Source: Lepidodermella squamata (taxonomy: Eukaryota > Animalia > Gastrotricha). From it: a stretch of 64,000 nucleotides of DNA. The notes beneath the pieces are model-generated. The model was not told the origin of the DNA. It did not search any database and worked only from the letters and a program-made list of their open reading frames with translations. Positions 26,001-36,600 of the stretch are shown here, in pieces. A program made the translations under genes and the position numbers. The DNA is taken from assembly GCA_047495785.1 (NCBI GenBank), contig JBLDXI010000055.1, forward strand, positions 1,922,001 through 1,986,000, given 5' to 3'. The stretch's first letter is position 1. Every line of letters starts with the position of its first letter.

Positions 26001-26787
26001 GTCGTACTGAGTTATAGGACTAAAATATCAATCACAAAACACTAAATAAAAAAACAAGAATTAATTTGAAATACTGCGACAACATTGATTCGCAAAAACG
26101 GTCATCCACAACAGCTCACATTTTCGAAGTAAAAAAGAGGGATTGTTATGGCTGTATTTCGGTTATAAACGAGAGAATTCGTAGAATAATATATTATGAT
26201 AAATGTTTGCAGATGGGAGGGCAGATGATGAGTGGGAGAGAGAAAAAACAACACCATCGATAGAATTATAATAAACAAAACAAAACAAAGCGAATTGGCG
26301 GCATTGATCGGTAAACACGCCGCGGCACAAGAGATGCGACCAGGAGGAAAGAGCGAGATATTATACTCGAATACCATAAACTCACACCTACACGCATATA
26401 TGTGGCATAGTAACGATTTGCATATAACCAGCAAGCATAGATTCCTAGTCCTAAAAAAGTTCATTATAAAATTCGAATGCAACAAAGACTTGAATAAAAC
26501 GAGCGGCGGTGACTAGCACAAAGAACAACAGTTGGATCAATCAATAACATTCCGAGTAGAAGAGAAACGAGCCAATAAAACCAGCAACCATTGAAACGCC
26601 ATTTAATGACATCAGAGTACACACGTCCAGTTTGGTTATTAAGGCCACGCAGAAATAGAGCAGAGTGTTTCAAAGAGCAGACCCATCATTGATTGAGATT
26701 ACTGTAAATCACAAGTACACAAAGACGTTTGATGAACTGAGTAAAAACAGAGCTAGATGTTCGCATCAGTGAGGTGGACAATATGCT

Positions 26788-27534
26788 TTATTCCTTCTTC
26801 TTGTGTTGTTTCGAGTCAGCAGCAGAGGCGGCAGCAGTTGTCTGCGTTTCGGCATTGGAGCTGCTATCGCCAGTAGCAGCATCAACGCCCGTGACCGAGG
26901 CCTTCTCCTTTTCCTTCTGGGCGGCTAGCTTCTTAGCTAGCTTGGCCTTCGCAGCAGCGATTTTGAGAGCACGACGCTCCTCGGTATCCTCGTCGTCGTC
27001 TTCATCGTCGTCAGATTTGCCGAAGGCCTTGCCGCGAATCTTCTCGAATAGCTGGCAACAAATTGCCAGACGGCAAAGGAGTAGCAGTGAAAACACAACC
27101 GCTGGGGTCATTTTATCTAGTGCTTCTCCGGCAGCCCACTGCAAGTAAACCTGAACAGCGCAAGAGACTAGAAGTGCAACATTTGCAACATTCTTCAGTG
27201 GGCCCGGAACGATTGCCAAGGCAAGGCCTGCCACAACTTCGTTGGTTCCGATGCATTTGCGCAAAACGTGGCCACTCGGTCTGTAACCAGTGACGGTCGC
27301 AAGTGGAAAGGCTTTGGCCTGCTTGATGAAAATTTTGCGCATCAATCGGTATATTTCTGCGAAGAAAAACAACTTGATTAAGACGATAAGCTAAATTGGC
27401 TGGGAAAAATTACCTTCGTTGACTTTGGGCGTCAGCTTGATTGTGCCCATGAAGACGAAGAAAAACCCGATAGTCATGGAGAGGAATAGCATAGCGACGC
27501 GGGTGGATTTGGTCGGGTCGGAAAATAGAGCCAT
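26788..27534 (-). CDS. TMEM35A: TMEM35/NACHO nicotinic receptor chaperone (2 exons)
   Basis: GFFFVFMGTIKLTP and AVVFSLLLLCRL motifs, four hydrophobic segments, and a C-terminal KKKE ER-retrieval signal. Confidence 0.92.
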
Positions 27535-27697
27535 TTCTTCACAATTTCTGAGGCTGATTATCGACGGTAAATAATTTTCAAATCACTAAAATGAAAAAAA
27601 TTATAAATGTTAATCAAATAGTAGTTGATTGAATTTGAAAGCATAAATCAGCGACATATAATAAATTTAGTGACGAGGGCAATCGGAAGAAAATCGA

Positions 27698-30415
27698 TCA
27701 GGCGAATGACGAGCAGAGCATGGCATGTTGCAGACTAAATCGCTTCACCAAGATGTCGACGCGACCGGTTTGTTCAGAGCTGATACGAAGGGCCTCGAGA
27801 TGCGCTTCGACAAGCTTCTTAGTTTGTTCAGGCATCCATTTGCGCAGCACCAGTGTGAGTGTGTTCAAGTCGACTCGCTGTTGCACCAAAGCTTGGCTAT
27901 TGTTGTCGACAATGCATTTGAACAAGCGGATGATTTCTTCAGTGATTTCGACCGAGAGCCGCGTCATTACATAAGGCAAGCCAAAAGGCGCAATGCGAGC
28001 GATGTGGAATCGAAAGTAGCTGGCGTCAAACAGCGATTGAATGATGTAAGCCGATGGAGCAGCTGGTGGCACAACGGATGTCCACGCAAAATCAGGTGTC
28101 GCATACATCCGCTGCTCGATGCGGCCAATGACGTCAATGGTTAGCCGCGATTCAATGAATTCAGCAAGCAGGCGATTCGCCAAGGCTTCAAAGACATCTG
28201 CTGCTGCTTTTTTGATATCTGCTAGCAACTGGTATCCACGCCGATGAAGCAACTCGACAACTCGAGGCAGAACGTGAACTGCGGTGATATGGGCGTTGTT
28301 TGCGCACAGGAGTACAGAATCGGCTGGGACATTCGGCACTTCTTTCGCCGCTTTGCTAGTGGCATGAACACTTGCTGCTTCAATGGCAGCGGCGAACGCT
28401 TGGAAAAGTTGAATCAACCACGATTTGGCTTCCTTTGCTACCAGGTAGTCGCGGAAAATATCAGCGTCCTGCTCAGCGTCAGCGGTTGGTAGCCGATTTG
28501 ACACTTCAGCAAGTTGCTGTACAAGGTCAGTGACCAGTTGTTCAAATAGGCGAGGCAGTTCGGTAACCGCTCCATCCGTGTCGCAAACCTCGAGAAGCCA
28601 CGATTCACGCTCGTTTAGTCTTCGCACAGCGCCGATCGTTTGATCGAAAGTGAAACGCATGCATTCACGACGAATGTCGATGGCTAGGGCGTCGATTAAA
28701 TCAATGGCTGTTGCCGGTAGTGATTCCGGCAAGCGATGAAGATGTAGGACCGACATGCGAACTTGATGGACGCAAGCAATGAAAGTCGGTACGTCGAAAT
28801 CAGCGGGCCATGTTCCATACCGCTCCTTTTCGGCAGCGGGAAAGTTTTCAAAGGATCTTGGCGTGAAAACCGCGCGGACAAGGTTGCAATACAGCTTCAT
28901 AACCTTTAGTAAATATACAATGAAGTCAATTTCTAGCGTTCTTGATTTAATACTTACATCATCGACCATTTCTTTGAAGACTGCAAATCGCGAGACGTCC
29001 GCTGGAGCCGACCGACCAGTTTCGTTCAGAAGAAGATTCCCAGTAAAATAAGATTGGCCCAGCCGCCAAAATGACGAAAATGTAACAGTAAAGAGGCCTT
29101 TCAGTTCCGTTATGTAAGCAACTTTATCTGGCAACTTCGAAGAATCAGCGCTTTGAAACTTTGATGCTTCTAATAGACGACCTGGAGTATTGTTGGCAGC
29201 CGGGGTCGAAGATGGGCAATGGAGAAACTTGCTTTTAACTGCCACCATGTCAGTGTCGAAAAACGACTTATATCTCACTATTAAATCCCATGCCACGTCG
29301 CCTGGAACCTCGAGTTCTGTCAGGTATCTGATGAAGCGACGTTGTTCTTCGAAGCTAGATGGGAGCTTAAACAGCTTAGCTTGCAGACATACGCGTACCT
29401 TATTCAGAACTGCGTCAACTTTGGTGTTCAAATCACGGAATATTTTGCTTTCACTTTTTGTAAGCAGCGGCTCAACTTTTCTGCGACGATAGTAACTGAT
29501 AATCAAGTCGAACTCGTTGCGTTTCATTGCTGTTTCGATGCTCGAGGGCAATGAAAATAAAAATTCGTTTCGACTGATCAGCTCCAAAGATAAACGCTGA
29601 GCGTCAGCGTCTTCCTTGCGTTTCAAAACATCAACAAACAAGTCATCGGCCCGCGCGATACATAGCTTTACAGCGTCATCTAGAGGCTTCGTGTCGAACA
29701 CACCTCCAGAAGAAGCGTTGTCTTTTTTGATCATATCCAGCAAGACATGCATCAAGTTGTGAGACTCCAGGTAAAGCTGCAGATGCTGCTTGCGGAACGA
29801 AACAGATCCAGTTGTGTTTTCACCCTGAGCTTCTTTCAAGTGTTGCAAGCCACGCCGCATATCTTCCACCGAAGCCGATTGGTAGTGCTCCAGCAAATAC
29901 CACAGAGGATCGAAGTTGTCGGATAGTAAAGTCCCAGACTTGTCCGGAAAAAGCAGAGCAAGCTGTTTTTCATTCAGACCAGTACGGTCTTCATCGGCCA
30001 ACCCAAGAATATTGTCTAGCTCAAAACCGTATGCCTTTTCATTCGATTCTTCCGGTTGACTGTAAGACTGCTTGCGCTGATTAGCGCTAACGAAATGTTG
30101 CTCTTCAACCCAAACCGCCGATTCCTCCAAAGGACCGACGCTCATGCTGAAACAGCGGAACTGAACCGAAGCAGATCCTTTTCCGCCTGATCTTGTTTTA
30201 ATAAAAATATCATGAAGGCCGCTTTCGGGTCCAACTCTGACCTTCAATCGATTTGGTGATATCCATTCTAATGAATATGTACAGTTGTGGCGCCCGATCA
30301 TCACCAGCTCCACATCGTTTTCATTTTTTCCTAAATTTTCCCCATGCAGTGTAACTTTAATACCCGGGGGCCCCTGGTACGGAGATATTCCATTTACTAG
30401 CGGGGCAGCAGCCAT
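27698..30415 (-). CDS. EXOC2: Exocyst complex component 2 (Sec5)
   Basis: N-terminal IPT/TIG Ral-binding domain PLVNGISPYQGPPGIKVTLHGENLG, plus VGPLEESAVWVEE and FDPLWYLLEHY. One 54-nt in-frame intron at 28904..28957. Confidence 0.95.
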   Translation of the reverse strand: MAAAPLVNGISPYQGPPGIKVTLHGENLGKNENDVELVMIGRHNCTYSLEWISPNRLKVRVGPESGLHDIFIKTRSGGKGSASVQFRCFSMSVGPLEESAVWVEEQHFVSANQRKQSYSQPEESNEKAYGFELDNILGLADEDRTGLNEKQLALLFPDKSGTLLSDNFDPLWYLLEHYQSASVEDMRRGLQHLKEAQGENTTGSVSFRKQHLQLYLESHNLMHVLLDMIKKDNASSGGVFDTKPLDDAVKLCIARADDLFVDVLKRKEDADAQRLSLELISRNEFLFSLPSSIETAMKRNEFDLIISYYRRRKVEPLLTKSESKIFRDLNTKVDAVLNKVRVCLQAKLFKLPSSFEEQRRFIRYLTELEVPGDVAWDLIVRYKSFFDTDMVAVKSKFLHCPSSTPAANNTPGRLLEASKFQSADSSKLPDKVAYITELKGLFTVTFSSFWRLGQSYFTGNLLLNETGRSAPADVSRFAVFKEMVDDVSIKSRTLEIDFIVYLLKVMKLYCNLVRAVFTPRSFENFPAAEKERYGTWPADFDVPTFIACVHQVRMSVLHLHRLPESLPATAIDLIDALAIDIRRECMRFTFDQTIGAVRRLNERESWLLEVCDTDGAVTELPRLFEQLVTDLVQQLAEVSNRLPTADAEQDADIFRDYLVAKEAKSWLIQLFQAFAAAIEAASVHATSKAAKEVPNVPADSVLLCANNAHITAVHVLPRVVELLHRRGYQLLADIKKAAADVFEALANRLLAEFIESRLTIDVIGRIEQRMYATPDFAWTSVVPPAAPSAYIIQSLFDASYFRFHIARIAPFGLPYVMTRLSVEITEEIIRLFKCIVDNNSQALVQQRVDLNTLTLVLRKWMPEQTKKLVEAHLEALRISSEQTGRVDILVKRFSLQHAMLCSSFA

Positions 30416-30428
30416 GATAAATTGTCAG

Positions 30429-30695
30429 CTAATTAGAAGTGGCGAATGCGTTGATTACTTCTGCTTCCTCTTTGATAACAATGTTCTGTTTCTCAAAAGA
30501 GAGAAGAATGATTGGAGTCGGAAGATCTTGGTGAACGCGACCGCTCGCTTTTGCTAGGCCTGCAACTGACGGAGCAGAGGTGCTTGGTAAAGATCCAAAT
30601 TGATTGATAGCTAAGCCGGATTTGTCACAAACAATACCACCAGTATATTGCCCAGAAATTTGTTTCAGTACTTCAGAAGGGGATGATTCCATCAT
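30429..30695 (-). CDS. LAMTOR5: Ragulator subunit LAMTOR5 (HBXIP), 88 aa
   Basis: GGIVCDKSGLAINQFGSLPSTSAPSVAGLAKAS...PIILLSFEKQNIVIK matches the LAMTOR5 roadblock pattern (GVLCxDxxGL...G.L...AG.I...PVV.LE) and length. Confidence 0.88.
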   Translation of the reverse strand: MMESSPSEVLKQISGQYTGGIVCDKSGLAINQFGSLPSTSAPSVAGLAKASGRVHQDLPTPIILLSFEKQNIVIKEEAEVINAFATSN

Positions 30696-30704
30696 TCAAT
30701 TCAT
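30696..30704 (-). promoter_or_regulatory. Minimal uORF ATG-AAT-TGA directly abutting the LAMTOR5 start
   Basis: The minus strand reads tatag|gaatttcat ATG AAT TGA ATG ATG GAA. The sequence is seen directly; function is inferred. Confidence 0.5.
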
Positions 30705-30768
30705 ATGAAATTCCTATAATAACAGAGGATAGTATATAAGCAATGAGCAATGAGTAGCAGTTAAGAGC

Positions 30769-31462
30769 CAGTAGCGGCGCCAGGGGGGGGGGGGGGGGGG
30801 GCGAGGGGGGCGCCGCCCCCCTGACGAGATTTTTCTTGAACTCTCGCCCCCCTGGAAATTTTCAGCTCTCAACCCAAATTCGGAGCATTTTTAGGCTATT
30901 CCTGCGGAAAACTCCACAGAAATAGCGTCAGCTAAAGCTCGCTTCGCTCGCGTTATAGCCAGTTGTCTACATTTGCGCTCTGGTTCTAGAACTCCTAGGT
31001 TTTTTGTATAGACTGCTTTCCCAGGGATCCAAACTCAATTCAACAATAAATAAGGTTGCAAAAGCTTTAGCTTTAAGCGATAGAGCTAGGGCGCGCAGTG
31101 GGGAGAAAGGCACTCAACAAGGTAGTGACGGTTTACGACGCATCACGCCCGTGTGCGGAAGAATTTGCTGAGATCAAGACTCCTGAAAACTCCAGATTAG
31201 GGAAAGAGGGTCCAAATAATGAAGCATTTCTAAGTTAGTTCGTGAGTGTAATTTAAAAAATAGCGTCAGCTAAAGCTCGCTTCGCTCGCATGTAGATTTT
31301 TGTGTCTTCATTAGTAGCTTTTGATACTGTCTCCAATTTCAACGCTCAGTAACAATCTTTCGCACACATGCACACAAAATTACAGTATTTTTGCTAGCTT
31401 AGTATCGATAGTGATTGCCCCCAGCTCGCCCCCCTGACAGCAGAACCCTGGCGCCGTCCCTG
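30769..31462. mobile_element. Non-autonomous hAT-type DNA transposon (694 bp)
   Basis: TIR CAGTAGCGGCGCCAGGG vs CAGGGACGGCGCCAGGG (14/17); 8-bp TSD TTAAGAGC (30761..30768, 31463..31470); poly-G run; internal ~31-bp direct repeat aatagcgtcagctaaagctcgcttcgctcgc (~30921 and ~31259). Confidence 0.9.
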
Positions 31463-33456
31463 TTAAGAGCTATGACTTGATTGAATTAGTGAGGAAAGAT
31501 ATGAATCATGCCAGACGTAAAACATAAGTCATAAGTTTGATAATAAATGTTCAAAAATGGTCAGGGGTCACGGGAGCAACATTTAAAATTTCAATTTAGC
31601 ATTTTCGAATGTCCATCAGCTCTTGGCCGTCCTCGAACTCTCATGTCTTGATACATGAGGCATCCACTCAACACTCAACATCACAGAAGTGCTGCGAGCA
31701 GCGAAAATCCCCATCCAAAATGCGAAAAAGAGGACCCAAACGAAATCCCGACAACTTTTTTATTTAGACCTTAAAAAAATATAATAACTTGTTTCAAATA
31801 AAAATTGTTGACCTAAAAGTAAAATATAATTTCACATTTAGGATGGACCGGGAAATTCAAAATAAAAAGTTTTCGCCAAATAAAAAGAGTTGCCGGCGGT
31901 GTCGCCGTTACCTGGGCTTGCTAACCTCTTCAAACAAACGAGGACGGAGAAGTCCAAGCATACCGTTGGTGGTGACTAGCTATTGGGCTTATAGTTCCAT
32001 CCATCATCCATATATGATCGCCCATAAGCTGCAAATGTGAGTTTCTCTTGTCTTTTAAAGGAGCAATGTTAAATAGTATTGCTCCTTCTCAGTTGCCTGG
32101 TGCAATTGTTCATTTGAAAGCCAAACAAAAGAAGTGCAGGTGCGCCATGTCCTTAACGGTCGGTAGCTCGTATCTAACATCATCATCACGCGAAATGCGG
32201 CTGTTAAACTCTTCGGCGTGGAATACATCTACTACTAGCTACTAGCTACTAGCTCAATTGCCTAATTCGTCAGCATAAGTATTTAACAGTAATTTTATTG
32301 CGAGAAATTGGAAAGATTGATTTCTACCGCAGCAGAAGATATATCTCTAAACTTCACATGCCCAACGAGCTCTTCAACGGGTGAAATGCTCACTGAACGG
32401 AACCAACTTCTAAAATGCCTTCGAAAAAGGGCAGTTCTGGCTTCTGGTGGATTCTGCTTATATGTGCAGCATTGGGATACTGCCTAGGTGCCAGTTGGGG
32501 TAAATATTCTGCAGCATTATTCTGCATACGTGAAAATTTTAGTCCAATCAGATACCGGCACAGGTTTTCACCCCGCCTCGTCAATATTGCCCGCCTGCCT
32601 TCATACCTTGGGAACCTCGGATCCCCAAGGAAGCAAATTAAATCATTGGGGAGAGAAAATCCCTAGTGTCGAAGGCAAACCAATTAATCGGGCGCACCGC
32701 ATTCTTTAATGGTTTTGACTGCAGATTTCCTAAATTCTTTCTTGATTATCTTGATTGGTCTACATGTTAACCCCTAATTCCTCACATATGCGTAGAATAG
32801 AATAAGCTATGCGTAATTTAATGATAAAACCTTCCTAATTTGCTTTATTATTAGGGCCAAAATCGCTGGGCTTTTCACTTTTCAGTTTAGAGGATAACTA
32901 GCGAAACTTGGAGTACGCGAAATAAGGCAATAAAGCCTCGTTTTGATTAGTGAAGGATATTTTTGTTCGACGCGAAAATTTCGAACGACTTTTTGGCAGT
33001 CGCGAAAATTTTCACGCATATATTAATTCTGATGGTGTTCTTATTAGTGCTGAGTGCCTTAAAGAACGTATTCAAGCCATCATAATTTAAGACCACCAAG
33101 CTGGATTTTTTCTCAAAAATTGGCTAAATAGAGCCTGGAGTTGGCATATGGCGAATTCACTACTTGAAACCTGACGTGTTGACGAGTACAAGAACCCGTA
33201 GCATTCCTGGCCTCCTACTTTTCTACCTCTGTGTCACTTGTTGCTTGGACTGGTTCAATAGCTTATTTTAATCGTCATTCCTTTTCGTCGTATAATATAC
33301 GTCTTAATATACTTTTCTAAATTCATTATTCATTGTCGACCTCAGGATCAAATTTCAAACCTTCCTTGTCAGATCATGAGTTGGATTTTCAATATCCATG
33401 ATAAAAGTTGATCTGTAATAACTTGAAAAAACCAAGAAAACACAAAGTTAAGGCCG

Positions 33457-33647
33457 ACCACTCGATCAGGTCTTCCGAAAACCCGAAGATCCTCAGAGAC
33501 CAACTTCTGAAAGTACTGCTGAAAGCAGAATACGTGGACGATTTCGTCTACACAAAGAAGAGGTAAGTCGCCACCTTACCTCGGCGCGCCCGTTGGATGG
33601 AAGACCGCCTTTGTGCGAATCCAACGCTATTATACATACGTACATAC
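33457..33647 (+). repeat. Dispersed repeat copy 2 (inverted relative to 14353..14570)
   Basis: Aligns by eye to the reverse complement of copy 1 and ends in tatacatacgtacatac. Confidence 0.8.
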
Positions 33648-36600
33648 TCTTTAGAGCCCCTCAAATCATGCCGATATTTTTCAAAATGGTAGCCGAAATT
33701 TCATGAAGGCTAATCTTTTATTTCCTATAATTTTTATTAGATTCATTTTCAACTCATGCGCAGAGAAACGATATGTAGCGATTGAAATAAGGGTGGAATG
33801 GATTTTGGTGCATACCGCCAACCTTTATGTGGGCCGTTGCGTCGATGAATTTGGCTTTTGATTGTCTGCTTTTGCTTCATTCGTAGTTGCTGATGCGCAG
33901 CATAAAGCAACTATTTACATTTATTAGTCCAGACATGAATGTGCGGGTTCCGCCTGTCCCGTGCTGCTTTTGGCGCCAATAACGTAAGTCGCCTATACCA
34001 CGATGTATCGTGTCGCGTTGCAACTAACAACCAACTCCTTCCAAATCGGGGCTGTGTAGTAGACGATCATTAGAAGGGCAGAGCCAAAACGACGTCATCA
34101 TCTTCTTCTACTACTCCTCCTCATTGTTTACATATGTGCATAGCTAGCAATGTTGATTTAGTATGTTTTACGTCCAAGGTGAAGACCGCTCCTTGGCCTT
34201 CTATTGTGTCTATTTGTATGCGTCATTCGTACTAATGTTACGCGCAAGCGGGATCGTCTTCGGTCAGTGGTGGCAAAGAAGAAGAAGACGAAGACGCTCT
34301 ATCTAAGAGTGCTGTCCTTCTTTTGCCGCAGGTACGATGCGCTTTCATAAGCATTGACACATCACAATTAGCCGTACCCGTAGCCATCTCGACCCCGACC
34401 ACTCAAGACATGTTCTTCCTCTTCCCTATCTCTCTGTCCTCCGTCTCTGTTCTTCCAATCTGATCTTCCAGAGGCTCTTATTTCCGTTAAACAGAAAATT
34501 TACCACTCGTAAAAAATGGAGTGGTATATTCCCTATGTTACCATTTTTTGATCCTCTGACTAGCCAATCAAAGGGCAAGATAGCGGTTAATTTAAATTTA
34601 AATATTATCAAGACGCACATTCATTCAAGATGTAAAAACTCATTTCTGGCGACTACGGTTGTTTCATGGTCCCTTCTACTCCCCTTCGAAGGCATACTTT
34701 ATTTAGCATAAAAACTCCAATTGGTATGCATGCGTGAGATTTTGCCTGTTTTGCTGTTTGCTCGCAGATTTTTCTTATTCTTTCTGTTTCGTTGAAATCC
34801 TACTCAGTCTAAGAGTTTTTGTGGAACTTGTTGCAGCTGATCGCCATCAATGAAGTTTGCTTTAACCTCTGAGGGTGTTGTGTAGAATAGCGGATAAGTC
34901 GAATTCTGCCTGAAGAACCCCTGTCATTATATGTGCTTGTCTAGAAATAGGATCAGCTTAAATATCATGACGATTCACGCGTGCTGAATTTACCCGTTGT
35001 TGTTTAATGCGAGTGTCTTTGTTGTCACTCATAGAAACACAAGGTCACAGCAGTACGTTTCGACGTGCATAAAACGCACTTTGGCAGTGAGCTTAGTTTT
35101 GCCCATTCAAGCAGGTAATTTTCTATCTCACCGTTGTGCGTACTACACACCAGGGCACAATGCAAGAAACTGCGCGATACCATGGACATTTTGGTTTAAT
35201 TTATTGCGCCGAAGCAGGGTTAATCTGATGATGCAGCAGGTAGCGGCGGATGACACCTGGCCATTAGCTCGTGCAAAGTATTTCTGAGTCTCGCACCACT
35301 GCTTTTCTCATTAAATGAGTTTCGTTTTTTTCTCATGCGCAGGCGAGGAACGTCCGACTTGGCAATCCGTTGCGCTTTGCACACGGTCATTTTTGCAAGT
35401 GGTTTATTAGCAAGTGACATTTTATGCTACAAATGCCTTATATACCTTAAAGTATCTATACTTGCGCGCTGGCAAGGCCAACGCGTGCTGCGATCTCTCT
35501 TTTGTTGATCGTAGTGGGTGGAACTCGGCATGCTTGCTTCCGTAATGCTGTCGGTTCACGGCGTGCTGATTATAATCTACCTAGCAATAACAGTGTACCT
35601 GAGTAAGTTCACTCTAATAGCTTCTCCTTGAGCTTGTGTTTGTGTGCGCACGCGTCCTTTGTTGATGCAATTTTCTTGTTAGTACTGCAAAACGGCTCTG
35701 CGGACTCCGGGTGAAGTTTAAACTTTTGTGCTTGTTACAAAGAATGCACGTCCTCATGCATTATGCACAGAGCACGAAACGATGGGCTGTGTTTTGCTAC
35801 TGCGTTTTGAGCATTGCAAGCGTCCACGTTTTGCGTCGCACCCACACCCATACCCAGCGCAGTGTCTTGCACATCGGCGTCCTGCTATTTCCAGGAATTC
35901 TTAAATGAACCTTCCAACAAGCAACCGATATCGCACGACTTACTCGTGAACCAGGGTAATTTTGTAATTATTTGCTTCCCCTCTGAATTGACCTTGCGCT
36001 GGTGAAAAGGTGCGATATCGCCTAGCATTCATCTATTAATAATAATGAAACGTTCAGTCGTCGCGCGCTTTGTTTGTTCTTCGCTGATGAAATCGAAGGT
36101 GCTTATATCACGTCTGAGCGCGGTTGAAGCGGATTGAGGAAAACGCACGTCGATTATATTATGGACAAACGCGGACTCTGGCGTCGTCGTCACCTCTTAG
36201 CAAAACAAGTTGTGGACAATTTCGATTTCAGCTAATTGCGGTCAATTCGCATACTTATATATATCCCACATCGTCTGCGCGTTTTTCCTGCGCTTTGTTT
36301 ACTTCTTGTTCACACATTCACCTTAAAACGATTAAACCTCGCTGCCTTTTAACGCACAGGTGTAGTGTTTTTGCTTTGCTTGCTCGGTTTTTGCTTTCCA
36401 GAGCTCGTTATTTTTACCGCGCGGTTTAATCCAAACACAATGTTTGCCTTTCCGGCTAAATTTCAATTAATCCTCGTATTTTGTTCATCGGATAATTGGC
36501 TTTTCTTTATTCCTTCTTCTTTCACCTCCGCTCCCAAAGTGGATTCTTCTATCGTAGCGCGTCAAAGTAGCTGCGTCTATACATTGGCATGGGACAAAGA

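Noticed and set aside
28904-28957. In-frame insertion in the EXOC2 ORF
   Set aside because: An ordinary 54-nt GT-AG intron of modal size that happens to be stop-free.
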